A DNA stretch of 64,000 bases from Deferribacterales bacterium (GCA_050251945.1 JBFWLW010000001.1:320001-384000), one strand, 5' to 3'; shown: positions 50,675 through 61,646, numbered from the stretch's first letter. The notes: generated by a model not told the origin, from the sequence alone. Numbers and translations: made by a program.

Positions 50675-51965
50675 ATTCGGCGGAGTTCTCCTCGTTATCT
50701 TCAGGCTCTCTGTGTAGCCTTGTTAACTCCACCTTGTCAAGTCTTCTTTCGTTTTTGTTTAATATTTTAAACGAATAGCCGTCGAATTCGTACACTTCGC
50801 CGACCTCCGGAATTTTCCCGGCAATGTCAAAGACAAGTCCGCCAAGTGTTTCGTATTCCTCCATATCGTGAGTTTTCTCAAGCTCGAATTTTTCACAGAA
50901 GTCGTCGATATCCATACGCACATCAACGATATAAGTATCATTAGAAGTTTCAACCACCTCGTGTTCTTCCGTGTCATACTCGTCCCATATCTCACCGACA
51001 ATCTCTTCCAGAATGTCCTCAAGTGTGACGATTCCGGCAACACCGCCGTATTCGTCGATCACCACCGCCATATGATTGCGGCTTTTCTGGAATTCTCCCA
51101 TCATGGAATCTATCTTTTTGGTCTCCGGCACAAAGAAAGGTTTTCTTATAACTTTTCTCAGGTCGAAATTGACTCCGTCTTCCTTAACGAATTTCAAAAG
51201 GTCTTTGACATAAAGGATACCGACAATTCTGTCGATGCTGTCTTCATATACGGGGATCCTTGAAAATTCGGAGGCGAGTATCCTGTCCAGATACTCTTCC
51301 GCAGGAGCGTTTATGTCCACGGCAACCATATCCGTTCTGGGCACCATGACCTCTTTTACATATATTTCACTGATATCAAAGATATTTTGAAGCATTTTTG
51401 TTTTATTGTCTTCAAGCATCCCCTCTTTTCCGCTTTCAGAAATGTAGAATTCAAGCTCATCTTCAGTTATCTTGTGCCTGGCTTTTTCCACATTACCGCC
51501 GGAAAGAACGATTATCCATCTCACCAGTTTATTAAGTGCGAATGAAAGAGGATAGAACACAACGAATGGCACTTTCAGTGTTTTTACAATGAAAACGGCA
51601 TGTTTTTCAGCGTTATGTTTGGCGTAGGTTTTGGGTGTTATCTCTCCGAAAATGAGGACTGTAAGGGTCATTATACCCGTTACAAGGGCGATATTGGAAT
51701 TACCCGCTATCTTGGCGGTGAAATCCGTTGCCAGAACAGAAGCCAGAATGTTGACAATGTTGTTTCCGATAAGGATGGTGTTAAGCACCTTGTTCGGGTG
51801 ATCAAGCCACAGACTAAGCGGCTTATTTTTAGGGTTTTCGTCCATCATGCGGCGCACCCGTATCTCGCTGAGAGACGTCAGGGTAGTTTCGCTTCCTGAA
51901 AAGAATGAAGAGAGGACGATACAGAGCACAATCGCAAGTAACTCAATGATTAACGAATCACTCAC
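50658..51965 (-). CDS. HlyC/CorC (CNNM-CBS-CorC) family transporter-associated protein
   Basis: FFSGSETT, TILIGNN, FGEITPK, FSRIPVY, VIDEYGG, EDILEEIVGEI and TLGG. Confidence 0.9.
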   Translation of the reverse strand: MSDSLIIELLAIVLCIVLSSFFSGSETTLTSLSEIRVRRMMDENPKNKPLSLWLDHPNKVLNTILIGNNIVNILASVLATDFTAKIAGNSNIALVTGIMTLTVLIFGEITPKTYAKHNAEKHAVFIVKTLKVPFVVFYPLSFALNKLVRWIIVLSGGNVEKARHKITEDELEFYISESGKEGMLEDNKTKMLQNIFDISEIYVKEVMVPRTDMVAVDINAPAEEYLDRILASEFSRIPVYEDSIDRIVGILYVKDLLKFVKEDGVNFDLRKVIRKPFFVPETKKIDSMMGEFQKSRNHMAVVIDEYGGVAGIVTLEDILEEIVGEIWDEYDTEEHEVVETSNDTYIVDVRMDIDDFCEKFELEKTHDMEEYETLGGLVFDIAGKIPEVGEVYEFDGYSFKILNKNERRLDKVELTRLHREPEDNEENSAEYEQTA

Positions 51966-52099
51966 TCATAGCTCCTTTGAAGCAATAACACGAACTGTCC
52001 GAGTCCATTGAAAGGTCTTTTACCTCATTATTGATTTAAATTTCGGCATGAGAAAATCTCACGCCGATTAGCTCTAAATAACATAACGCAGAAACTTTA

Positions 52100-52555
52100 T
52101 CAAGCCACTTTCCCTGATTTGACAAGTTTCAGTAATATTTCCTCCTGAAGAGTGAACATCTCCTCCTCTTCATCCTGCCCAAGTTCATGGTCAAAACCCA
52201 TGAGATGCAGAAGTCCATGGATGAAAAGAAAACTTATCTCGCGTTCAAGGGCAATATCCGCCTCCTGCGCCTGTTTTTTCGCCGTATCAAGCGAAATGAC
52301 TATGTCGCCGAGCATCCCCCCTTCGCCATATGGATCGTCGGACATAGGGAACGACAGAACGTCAGTCGCATAGTCCTTCTCACGGTATTCCTTGTTCAGC
52401 TCCTGAATCTGTGCATCATCGCATATCAGAAGTGATATCTCGCACTCGTCAAACTCAACATCAAGTTCTTCAAAAACGGCTTCCGACGCCTGACTGAAAA
52501 GTTTTTCACCAAGCCCGCTTTCAGTTTCATCTGTTATAAATATTTCCGCTTTCAA
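52100..52555 (-). CDS. ybeY: rRNA maturation endoribonuclease YbeY
   Basis: LNKEYR, TDVLSF and HGLLHLMGFDH. Confidence 0.94.
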   Translation of the reverse strand: MKAEIFITDETESGLGEKLFSQASEAVFEELDVEFDECEISLLICDDAQIQELNKEYREKDYATDVLSFPMSDDPYGEGGMLGDIVISLDTAKKQAQEADIALEREISFLFIHGLLHLMGFDHELGQDEEEEMFTLQEEILLKLVKSGKVA

Positions 52556-53502
52556 TGTACATCTCCGTGAAATTTATCGTAAGCCTGAACAATTTTCTGT
52601 ACAAGGGTGTTGCGCACAACGTCCTTCTCAGTAAACTGTATAAATTTTATTCCGTTGATATCTTTAAGTATCTTTCGCGCCTGTATAAGTCCGCTGTTTC
52701 TGGACGTTGGCAGATCTATCTGGGTGATGTCGCCTGTCACAACGACCTTCGACTGAAACCCCATCCGCGTCAGGAACATCTTCATCTGTTCCTCCGTGGT
52801 GTTCTGAGCCTCATCAAGTATGATAAAGGCATCGTTAAGCGTCCGCCCGCGCATAAATGCCAGCGGAGCCACCTCGATTATGCCGTCTTCTATGAGCGCG
52901 TTCACTCTGCCGTAGTCCATCATGCTGTACATAGCGTCATAAAGCGGGCGCAGATAAGGGTTTATCTTGTCGTTTATGTCGCCTGGAAGGAATCCGAGGT
53001 TTTCGCCTGCCTCCACTGCGGGACGCGTCAGTATTATCTTACCGCATTTTTTACGCAGAAAATAATAAACACCCATCGCCATGGCAAGGTATGTCTTGCC
53101 GGTTCCTGCGGGACCTATTCCGAATACCATATCGTTGTTGCGGATGGCATTGACATAATCCCTTTGAATTGCGGACTTCAGCGTAACTTTTTTAACACGT
53201 CCGGCAACTGGTATGCCGTCCTTCATGATGTCGTAGGCATCCTCTGTATTGTCGGCTATCATACGGATGATATCCGCTGCCTTGGATGTGTCCAGATCAT
53301 CTTCTGTGGCTATTTTTATCATCTCTTCCAGCACCTTGACAGCCATACGGACATCCTCCGCCTTGCCCTCGACAGTAAACTGACCGCCGAGAACACTTGT
53401 ATTAACGGAAAATTCGGAATTTATCATCCTGAGATGTGTATCCTTATGCCCGAGAATGGACGGAACGAGAATTTTTGCAACCTCAACAGTCTTTTTTATC
53501 AT
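52552..53502 (-). CDS. phoH: PhoH-like ATPase (YbeZ type)
   Basis: GPAGTGKT, LTRPAVEAGE, LAFMRGRT, LDEAQN and GDITQ. Confidence 0.92.
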   Translation of the reverse strand: MIKKTVEVAKILVPSILGHKDTHLRMINSEFSVNTSVLGGQFTVEGKAEDVRMAVKVLEEMIKIATEDDLDTSKAADIIRMIADNTEDAYDIMKDGIPVAGRVKKVTLKSAIQRDYVNAIRNNDMVFGIGPAGTGKTYLAMAMGVYYFLRKKCGKIILTRPAVEAGENLGFLPGDINDKINPYLRPLYDAMYSMMDYGRVNALIEDGIIEVAPLAFMRGRTLNDAFIILDEAQNTTEEQMKMFLTRMGFQSKVVVTGDITQIDLPTSRNSGLIQARKILKDINGIKFIQFTEKDVVRNTLVQKIVQAYDKFHGDVH

Positions 53503-56125
53503 TTTTCACCATTTCCTGCACAAATCTGAGCTGACTTTCCCTGTCGGTGCATTTTTTATCAATTTTCGCATCTCTGACAGCTGAAAGCAGGTGCGAATAT
53601 TCGGTTTTCGGCTCAACTTTCATCTCCAGCAGGTCGTTTCCCGTTATGTCAGGCTTCGTATACCTGAAAACAGTGAAGAAGTCTTTAACCTGCCGCTCAT
53701 AATTCTCTCCCGCAAGTGCCGCAACCGCTATTGCACAGGGTGTTTCCAGCTTATCCATGCACCGCGCAAATACGGAATCCGGCATCTTTCTGGAACGTTT
53801 CAGCCATGCGACGGTATCTTTCACCTGTTTGAAACATTCGCCGTGCTGCTGCGTTTTATGCTCGTCAAGACTGAACCGTTTCAGAATCTCTTTAACCGCC
53901 TGTTTGTCCATATCGCTGAAAAGTACCGACATACGGGCAAGATATGCCTCCGGTTCTTCGTCAAACTGGAATCCGTACCAGTCCAGAATGGTGTCAAGGT
54001 CGTCAAACATCGCCTCTTTCCGCTCGTCCAGCCTCAATGTTTCGTGGAAAAATTTCAGCAGGTCATATTTCCGCATCATTCTGAGTGCCTTCCGGTAGCT
54101 CTTTTCGCTGAGGATATATTTAAGTTCAAGAAACATGCGCTGTCCCTGAACCCGCTCGAACAGGTCAAGATTCACCGCGTGACGAAAAAGCCTGTCTGTG
54201 TGGGGACCTATCATGAAATCAAACCGCACTGCAAACCGGACGGCACGAAGTGCGCGGGACGGGTCGTCAACAAAGCTCAGTGAGTGCAGAACGCGTATCT
54301 TTTTATCCTGCAAATCTCTCTGACCGCCGAAAAAATCCAGCAGAACGCCGAATTCTTTTTTATTAAGCTTCACAGCCATGGCATTTATTGAAAAATCCCT
54401 GCGGAACAGGTCATTTTTTATTGATGCATCCTCCACTGTTGGGGCTGATGCCGGAAAAGTATAGAATTCCGTGCGGCTGGTAGCGAAATCAACGCGGAAA
54501 CCGTCGGGAAAAATCACGACAGCCGTCTTGAACTTCGCATGTACGGCAGCTCTTGCACCCATCCTGTTCGCAAACTCTTTTGCGAAACCGGGTGCGCTTC
54601 CCTCAACAACTATATCTATATCCTCATTGGTTTTTTTAAGCAGGATATCGCGGACGACACCGCCAACCAGGTAACATTTATACCCAAGCTCGTCAGCCAT
54701 AGCGCCTATGTCTTTAAGAGTTGCAAAGACCCTTTCAGGCAAAACGTTCTCCATCTGCCCCGCTACGCTTTTGCTTCTGCCGTTTTCCCCTTTCATCAGC
54801 CTTCCGTCGCTGAATCTGGGCATTTTGGCTATCTCGTCGTGAATAAGACGCAGAAGGTCTGTGCGGGTTATAACGCCAATCAGTTTCCCGTCGTCCTCAA
54901 CTATCACCATCTTGCTGCTGCCAGCAAGCATTGTCTCTTCAACAGAGTAATAAGGCATGTCGGGCGGAATTTTTATAAACTCAACCTGCATGATGGAGCT
55001 GACAGGCTCCCTGTTCAGTCCGTGCTTAAGCCCCTGCAAAATATCGCGGCGGGAAACGATGCCAACCGGCACTTTCCCCTGAACAACGGGCATATTATTG
55101 AGATTATGCTTCATAAAGATATCTATCGCCGCATCAAACGTCACATCAGCAGCAAGGGTTTTAACGGGCGAGGTCATTATGTCGCGTGCTTTCTTAACGG
55201 GTTTTACAGCCTCCCCGAGCATCAAGTCCAGCTTTGCCACGCACTCGTGCAGCATCTGATCTTTGATAACTGCGCTGGCGGCAGTGTAATGCCCGCCGCC
55301 TCCGAACGAAGCGGCTATCTCCGACGCATCAACGTCGTCGGTGCGGCTTCTGCCCACGAGAACTATCCTGTCTCCCGTGCGGACAAGAATGAAAAGAGCA
55401 TCCAGCGACTCAATATCCATTATCTTATGTGCAAGATGAGAAATATCTTCTATATATTTATCATTACTGGCATTTGAAATTCCGATACGTACGGAGCCGA
55501 TGGCTCGTATATGCATATTTGTCAGAAGCTCGTTGAGTATGAAAACATGGTCGCGGCTAAGTTCCCGTTTGACGTATTCGCCGACCTCGTTCAGGTTTGC
55601 ACCGAACGAAAGAAGCCATGCCGCCGCCTCCATATCCTTTACGGTGGTGCTTGCAAAACTCAGCATGCCGGTATCCTCATAGATACCCGTCATAATGAGC
55701 GTCGCCTCTTCCGGCGTAAGGGTTAGTCCCTGCGCTTTCATCTTTTCAACTATGACAGCGGAACAGGAACCGGTTTCCTCAACATACATCTCTTCCGCCT
55801 CTATATCCTGCCCGTGGGCGGGGTGATGATCGTAAATGATCACTTTTTTTGCTTTCGCAACGAGACCGTCCAGCGGCTCAAGCCTGCCCGCAAGCTTGCA
55901 GTCGGTTATGACCAGCAGGTCGATGGATTCGATGCTTTCGATCTCTTTCTCCCGCAGATGCACAATGGGAAGCGGTTTTTCAAGGGTCGAAACGTATTCG
56001 TTCACGGCGGATTCATATGAAGTCGCCGTAACCACAGCGTCCAGCCCGTAAAGCCTGTATGCGGCGTAGGCGCTGGCTATGGCATCAAAATCCGGATTTT
56101 TATGAGTGATGACTATTTTTTTCAT
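53483..56125 (-). CDS. tRNA nucleotidyltransferase with N-terminal DHH/DHHA1 and CBS domains (A-adding type)
   Basis: THKNPDFDA, DHH, EDTG and GGGGH. CBS pair. VGGVVRD..DIDI, DLFRRDFSINAMA and DDPSRALRAVRF. Confidence 0.88.
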   Translation of the reverse strand: MKKIVITHKNPDFDAIASAYAAYRLYGLDAVVTATSYESAVNEYVSTLEKPLPIVHLREKEIESIESIDLLVITDCKLAGRLEPLDGLVAKAKKVIIYDHHPAHGQDIEAEEMYVEETGSCSAVIVEKMKAQGLTLTPEEATLIMTGIYEDTGMLSFASTTVKDMEAAAWLLSFGANLNEVGEYVKRELSRDHVFILNELLTNMHIRAIGSVRIGISNASNDKYIEDISHLAHKIMDIESLDALFILVRTGDRIVLVGRSRTDDVDASEIAASFGGGGHYTAASAVIKDQMLHECVAKLDLMLGEAVKPVKKARDIMTSPVKTLAADVTFDAAIDIFMKHNLNNMPVVQGKVPVGIVSRRDILQGLKHGLNREPVSSIMQVEFIKIPPDMPYYSVEETMLAGSSKMVIVEDDGKLIGVITRTDLLRLIHDEIAKMPRFSDGRLMKGENGRSKSVAGQMENVLPERVFATLKDIGAMADELGYKCYLVGGVVRDILLKKTNEDIDIVVEGSAPGFAKEFANRMGARAAVHAKFKTAVVIFPDGFRVDFATSRTEFYTFPASAPTVEDASIKNDLFRRDFSINAMAVKLNKKEFGVLLDFFGGQRDLQDKKIRVLHSLSFVDDPSRALRAVRFAVRFDFMIGPHTDRLFRHAVNLDLFERVQGQRMFLELKYILSEKSYRKALRMMRKYDLLKFFHETLRLDERKEAMFDDLDTILDWYGFQFDEEPEAYLARMSVLFSDMDKQAVKEILKRFSLDEHKTQQHGECFKQVKDTVAWLKRSRKMPDSVFARCMDKLETPCAIAVAALAGENYERQVKDFFTVFRYTKPDITGNDLLEMKVEPKTEYSHLLSAVRDAKIDKKCTDRESQLRFVQEMVKNDKKDC

Positions 56126-57009
56126 TTTTTGAATCTCGGGTGGCAGTTGAGCAGAACGTTTCTGGACTTATCGTCTGTCACATGAGTGTAACGCTGTGTT
56201 GTGGAAAGGTCTGAGTGACCAAGGAATATCTGTATTGTTCGCAGATCAGCACCGTTCGTCAGAAGATGTGTCGCGAACGAATGGCGCAGAGTGTGCGGCG
56301 ATATGTTCTTATTTATCCCGGCCTTTTCAGCGTATTTCTTAACAAGCATAAATATAAGCTCCCTATCAAGCTGTTTACCGTTTTTGCTGAGAAAAAGCCA
56401 GCCCTCATCCCTGTCTTTTACAAAATAATCTTTACGAAAGCCCAGATATGCCCTCATCTTCTCCGCAAGAGAGCTGTACATCGGAACGAAACGCTGTTTC
56501 CCGCCCTTACCCGTAACACGCATTATCTCACGGTTCATGTCCAGTTCAGCAACCTTAAGTCCTGTCAGTTCGCTTATGCGCATCCCCGTTGAATAGAGCG
56601 TTTCAAAGATGATCCTGTCGCGGAAACCGAATCTGGAAGAAACGTCGGGCGCTTCGATAAGGCTTTCAACCTCGTCAAAATTGAGAAAAACAGGCAGTTT
56701 TTCCCATTTTGAAGGTTTTGAGATAAATCCGCAGGGGTTCGTTTTTATAACATGTTCCTGAATGAGAAAATCATAGAACGCCGAAATGCCGGATAGCCTG
56801 CGCAAAACAGTTTCAATGCTGTAACCATCCTTACGCATTCCGGTCATGAAGGTGACTATCTCCTGAGCGGAACATTCCGCCAGATTTTTTCGGGCAGACG
56901 ATGCAAAAATGGAAATGTCTGATTCATATGCGGCAACAGTGTTATCGGAAAGTCCCTGTTCGTGCTTCATCCATGCTTTGAAATTAAAGATATGTTTTCC
57001 GTTGTCCAA
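56122..57009 (-). CDS. xerD: Tyrosine recombinase, XerD-like
   Basis: LYSTGMRISEL, GKGGKQR, PHTLRHSFATHLL and LGH..LSTTQRYTH. Confidence 0.88.
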   Translation of the reverse strand: MDNGKHIFNFKAWMKHEQGLSDNTVAAYESDISIFASSARKNLAECSAQEIVTFMTGMRKDGYSIETVLRRLSGISAFYDFLIQEHVIKTNPCGFISKPSKWEKLPVFLNFDEVESLIEAPDVSSRFGFRDRIIFETLYSTGMRISELTGLKVAELDMNREIMRVTGKGGKQRFVPMYSSLAEKMRAYLGFRKDYFVKDRDEGWLFLSKNGKQLDRELIFMLVKKYAEKAGINKNISPHTLRHSFATHLLTNGADLRTIQIFLGHSDLSTTQRYTHVTDDKSRNVLLNCHPRFKK

Positions 57010-57455
57010 AATATCCCTTTTTGTGCTAACATTAAGCTTACATATGTATACACCTTGGGAGTGTGGATTTCAATTTTTTAAGAACACGCATAAAAAATTT
57101 CAAAAACGCTTGTTAAATTCTGATTACATTTCCAAACAAACCCCAATGCAGACATCATAAAAACCTATAGCATATATTTACATTATGATTATAGTATTGA
57201 AAACCTATTAAAATTTCATCCTATGAATTAAATCAAATATCAGGATAACTACCAATAAAGGCTTTATTTAAAGCTTTAGAGCAATCAGTAAATTCTATAA
57301 CAAACATATATTTGATTTTCATACTATTTTCTATTTCAATAATAGAGGACTGATATAGGAAATACAAATTGATTTTTTCAATTTAAATATCACTGATTTT
57401 TGGTTAAATTTAATTTAACTTTTTCATGAAAAAAAGTTGACCACCCTATTTTGAG

Positions 57456-57484
57456 TTGACTTATAGTTTAATATACCGTATTCT
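57456..57484 (+). promoter_or_regulatory. Putative sigma-70 promoter of maeB
   Basis: TTGACT-N17-TATTCT, followed by a GGAGG RBS. Confidence 0.5.
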
Positions 57485-57514
57485 TTAACAGAACAATAGT
57501 ATGGAGGACTGTAT

Positions 57515-59800
57515 ATGAAGAACAGAAAAGTCATCACAAAAGAAGAAGTTCTTGATTACCATAAATATCCGAGGTGCGGAAAAATCGAGGTGGTTCCCAC
57601 CAAACCATGCTACACCCAAAGAGACCTTTCACTTGCATACACTCCCGGAGTCGCCGTCCCCTGTCTGGAAATTGAGGCGAACCCAGAACTTGTGTACGAA
57701 TATACCTCAAAAGGAAACCTTGTGGCTGTCGTTTCAAACGGAACCGCGGTTCTCGGTCTCGGCGATATCGGCGCAGCTGCCGGAAAACCTGTTATGGAGG
57801 GAAAAGGTGTTCTCTTCAAAAGGTTTGCAGATGTTGATGTTTTCGACATCGAACTTAACACGAAAAACCCCGACGACATTATCAAAGCATGCGAGCTTAT
57901 GGAGCCTACTTTCGGCGGCATCAACCTTGAGGACATCAAGGCTCCCGACTGTTTTTATATAGAAGAGACGCTGAAAGAGCGCCTCAATATCCCCGTTTTT
58001 CATGACGACCAGCACGGAACGGCAATCATAGCCGTTGCGGCTCTCATAAATGCACTTGATCTCGTCGGTAAAAAGATTGAGACTGTAAAAATAGTCGTCA
58101 ACGGCGCAGGTGCGGCGGGAATAGCCATCGGTAAGCTGATGGTGCTCGTCGGCGCAACACGTGAAAACATCACCATGTGCGACACTAAAGGCATTATATA
58201 TAATGGACGCACCGAAGGTATGAACAAATATAAAGAGGAGTTCGCCGTCAATACAGACAAAAGAACCCTCGAAGAAGCCATGGACGGTGCGGACGTTTTC
58301 CTCGGTCTTTCACAGAAAGGCGCCGTTGCACCAAACATGGTAAAAAATATGGCTCGCAACCCCATAATCATGGCAATGGCGAACCCGGATCCCGAAATAA
58401 CCCCCGAGGAAGTTGCAGAGATACGCGGCGATGCTATAATGGCGACCGGACGTTCGGACTATCCCAATCAGGTTAATAACGTTCTCGGATTCCCGTTCAT
58501 ATTCAGAGGCGCGCTGGATGTCAGAGCCAAAGCGATCAACGAAGAGATGAAAATGGCGGCTGTTAACGCACTCGCCCAGCTTGCCAGACAGGAAGTACCG
58601 GAATCAGTATGCAAAGCTTACGGTGTGGACAGAATTGAATTCGGTCCCGAATACATTATCCCGAAACCGTTCGACCCCAGAGTTCTGACGTGGGTTGCCC
58701 CTGCCGTTGCCAAAGCCGCTATCGACTCCGGCGTTGCACAGAAAGATATCCCCAACTTTGAAAAATATAAAGACTATCTGGAATCAAGACTCTCATTCGC
58801 AAAAGAGTTTACCAGACAGATTATAAGCGTTGCCAGACAGAAGCCGAAAAGACTTGTTCTGCCGGAAGGCGAACACGAAAAAGTTCTCCGCGCCGCACAG
58901 AAGATGGTGGAGGAAGGCATCGCAAAACCCATCCTTCTCGGCGAAGAAGCGCATATCAGGGAACTTGCGGAGAGACACAACATAGACCTTACAGATTGCG
59001 AGATCATAAATCCGTCTCTTGCGCCCAATCTGGACAAATACACCAAGCTTCTGCACAACATGCGCCAGAGAAAAGGACTTACGCTCGACGAAGCACACAG
59101 ACTTCTGGTGCGCATAAGCGACTACTATGCGGCTATGATGGTCTATTGCGGTGATGCGGACTGTCTGCTCAACGGATATTCACGCAACTATCCCGACGCA
59201 ATCAAACCTCTGCTTGAGATAATGCCCATGCAGGAAGGCTATACAAGCCCGTCCGGTGCATATTTCATGGTGTTCAGAGACCGTGTCGTCCTTTGTGCGG
59301 ACACAACAGTGAACATAGACCCCGATGCGGACGTTCTGGCACAGATAGCTATGCAGTCCGCTGACACATGCGCCAAATTTGAGATTGAACCTAAAGTTGC
59401 AATGATATCATTCACAAACTTCGGTTCTGTGAAGATGCCAAGAACAACAAAAATTGTCGAGGCTATCAAAAAAGTTAAAGATAAATACCCCAAACTCATA
59501 ATCGACGGCGATATGCAGGCTGACACAGCCCTTTACAGACCCATAGCGGAAGAGGCATTCCCCTTCTCCGATATCAAAGGCGACGCGTCAGTGCTTGTTT
59601 TCCCCAACCTTGAGGCGGGCAACAGCGCATATAAACTTCTTTGGAGACTGGGCGGCGGTATCGCCATAGGACCGATACTGCAAGGTTTTCAAAGCTCCGT
59701 ACATGTTCTGCAAAGGGGCAGCGGAGTGAACGAAATAGTCAACCTCGGCGCAATTGCTGTTGTTGACGCTATCGAAAAAGCAAAACAGAAGCATAAATAA
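57515..59800 (+). CDS. maeB: NADP-dependent malic enzyme with C-terminal PTA-like domain
   Basis: [37 protein letters not shown] and [13 protein letters not shown], then a PTA-like domain. Confidence 0.96.
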   Translation: MKNRKVITKEEVLDYHKYPRCGKIEVVPTKPCYTQRDLSLAYTPGVAVPCLEIEANPELVYEYTSKGNLVAVVSNGTAVLGLGDIGAAAGKPVMEGKGVLFKRFADVDVFDIELNTKNPDDIIKACELMEPTFGGINLEDIKAPDCFYIEETLKERLNIPVFHDDQHGTAIIAVAALINALDLVGKKIETVKIVVNGAGAAGIAIGKLMVLVGATRENITMCDTKGIIYNGRTEGMNKYKEEFAVNTDKRTLEEAMDGADVFLGLSQKGAVAPNMVKNMARNPIIMAMANPDPEITPEEVAEIRGDAIMATGRSDYPNQVNNVLGFPFIFRGALDVRAKAINEEMKMAAVNALAQLARQEVPESVCKAYGVDRIEFGPEYIIPKPFDPRVLTWVAPAVAKAAIDSGVAQKDIPNFEKYKDYLESRLSFAKEFTRQIISVARQKPKRLVLPEGEHEKVLRAAQKMVEEGIAKPILLGEEAHIRELAERHNIDLTDCEIINPSLAPNLDKYTKLLHNMRQRKGLTLDEAHRLLVRISDYYAAMMVYCGDADCLLNGYSRNYPDAIKPLLEIMPMQEGYTSPSGAYFMVFRDRVVLCADTTVNIDPDADVLAQIAMQSADTCAKFEIEPKVAMISFTNFGSVKMPRTTKIVEAIKKVKDKYPKLIIDGDMQADTALYRPIAEEAFPFSDIKGDASVLVFPNLEAGNSAYKLLWRLGGGIAIGPILQGFQSSVHVLQRGSGVNEIVNLGAIAVVDAIEKAKQKHK

Positions 59801-59873
59801 TACCCTCTTAATAAAGAGGAACCAGCGTTTGCGACACCATTATCCGGCATAAAAGCCGTACCTCTCTTATCGT

Positions 59874-59903
59874 ACGGGGCGGATTTTTCCGCCCCGTTTT
59901 TTT
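59874..59903 (+). terminator. Rho-independent terminator after maeB
   Basis: ACGGGGCGGA-TTT-TTCCGCCCCGT followed by a T tract. Confidence 0.8.
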
Positions 59904-59966
59904 CCCTTGCTGTCTTCTGCCGAACTCTATATCCTGATTTTTAAATTATTGAATTCAGGGAAACAG

Positions 59967-61646
59967 ATGCAGAATGAACTTTCCAAGCAAAAAAGCCTTT
60001 ATCTGAAACAGCATGAAAACAATCCTGTTCTATGGCAGGCGTATTCAGAAGAGGTTTTTGAAAAAGCAAAGCAGCTAAACATGCCGATATTTTTCAGCAT
60101 CGGCTACTCCTCCTGCCACTGGTGTCACGTCATGGCGCACGAAACGTTTGAAAATCAGGTGGCGGCAGAAATACTTAATAAATATTTCATCCCCGTAAAG
60201 ATAGACCGTGAGGAATTCCCGGGCGTGGACAAACGCTATCAGTTTTACCTGCATGCCACAGGAAAACGCGGCGGATGGCCGCTTTCGGTCTTTACACTGC
60301 CGGACGGCAGACCATTTTTCGGTGGGACCTACTTCCCGCCAAAACCAACCCACGGACTGCCGGCTTTCACAGAGATAGTCGTACAGCTTGGCAAACTGTA
60401 CCGTGAAAACCAGAAGGAAGCGGAAAAATATGCGAATAACTTCGATGTTTTCATGCAGAAATTCACTTCATTCGACGGAAAAATGACTGACCTTGACAAT
60501 TTCGATTTCCATACCGCGTCAGAAGATTTCTCAAAGATGTTCGATGTGGAATTCGGAGGACTGGGCAACGATGCCAAATTCCCAAATACTCCCGTGCTTA
60601 ACGCTATGCTTTACTATTACGAAACTGACCTGTATGTGCGGGATTTTATGAACCTGACGGCTGATATGCTCTGCACATCGGGAATATACGACCATGTGAA
60701 CGGCGGATTTTACAGATATGCGGTGGACAGACACTGGACAGTTCCGCACTTTGAAAAAATGCTCTATGACAACGCGCAGAATGCTGTGTTCCTGCTGGAA
60801 ATGTTTGAGCGCACGGACAACATGCTCTATTTCCACATAGCGGAAAAGACAATAGATTTTATCCTGCACGAGTTTAACACCGATTTCGGGCTGATAGCCG
60901 CTATGGACGCAGACAGTCTTTCCGATGGCGGAAAACTCATAGAAGGTTATTACTATCTTTATACCGAAAGCGCTATGGAACCTGTCAAAGACAAGGTTTC
61001 TCTCCACGAAGGCGTTATTAATATCAACGATGCTGATTATGAAAACTACGTTCGGCTTGAGAAGCATTTCGACCTGTTGAAAGACACCAACACGCGCGAA
61101 AGACCGCTTAAGGATACAAAGATAATCCTTTCACAGAATATGCTTTTCTGTAAAGCGCTTGTAAAAATGTTCGAGGTGTCGGGTAAGGATTTCTATCTTG
61201 AGCAGGCAACGGCTTTGATGAACAAGATGCGCCACTTTCACATGGAGGGTGACAGACTCTTCCGAATCAATTACTCAGGCGACGTTATGCACCATGTAGC
61301 CCTTGAAGATTACGCATACACTATTGACGCACTGCTTGAGTTTCTGCATATAACGAAAGAGCGCAGTTTTATGGCGGAAGCGGCAAAGCTGACCCGAAGC
61401 GCTCTTGAACTGTTCACCAGAGACGGTCTTCTCTATCTGGATACTGACAGGACGGTTGCGGATACTTTTGACGATTCGATGCCAAACCCGATAGGCGTCT
61501 TTGCGGGGATACTGCTGAACTACGGCAAAACGCTCGGCGCGGAAAACACCGACATGATTCTTGATTACACCGCTGACAGGCTTATGAAATACGCAAGCGG
61601 ACACCCTACTCTGTTCTCTCAATTTATGAGGTATATAAACAAATGA
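59967..61646 (+). CDS. YyaL/SPATA20-like thioredoxin-domain protein
   Basis: SLYLKQH..NPV.W, SIGYSSCHWCHVMAHETF, GGWPL and VPHFEKMLYDNA. Start at MQNELS. Confidence 0.88.
   Translation: MQNELSKQKSLYLKQHENNPVLWQAYSEEVFEKAKQLNMPIFFSIGYSSCHWCHVMAHETFENQVAAEILNKYFIPVKIDREEFPGVDKRYQFYLHATGKRGGWPLSVFTLPDGRPFFGGTYFPPKPTHGLPAFTEIVVQLGKLYRENQKEAEKYANNFDVFMQKFTSFDGKMTDLDNFDFHTASEDFSKMFDVEFGGLGNDAKFPNTPVLNAMLYYYETDLYVRDFMNLTADMLCTSGIYDHVNGGFYRYAVDRHWTVPHFEKMLYDNAQNAVFLLEMFERTDNMLYFHIAEKTIDFILHEFNTDFGLIAAMDADSLSDGGKLIEGYYYLYTESAMEPVKDKVSLHEGVININDADYENYVRLEKHFDLLKDTNTRERPLKDTKIILSQNMLFCKALVKMFEVSGKDFYLEQATALMNKMRHFHMEGDRLFRINYSGDVMHHVALEDYAYTIDALLEFLHITKERSFMAEAAKLTRSALELFTRDGLLYLDTDRTVADTFDDSMPNPIGVFAGILLNYGKTLGAENTDMILDYTADRLMKYASGHPTLFSQFMRYINK

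Noticed and set aside
56122..57514. Tyrosine recombinase plus AT-rich gap as an integrated element, dif site or oriC
   Set aside because: The protein is a housekeeping XerD type that overlaps the downstream tRNA nucleotidyltransferase gene. I found no att repeats, cargo genes, dif consensus or DnaA-box cluster.
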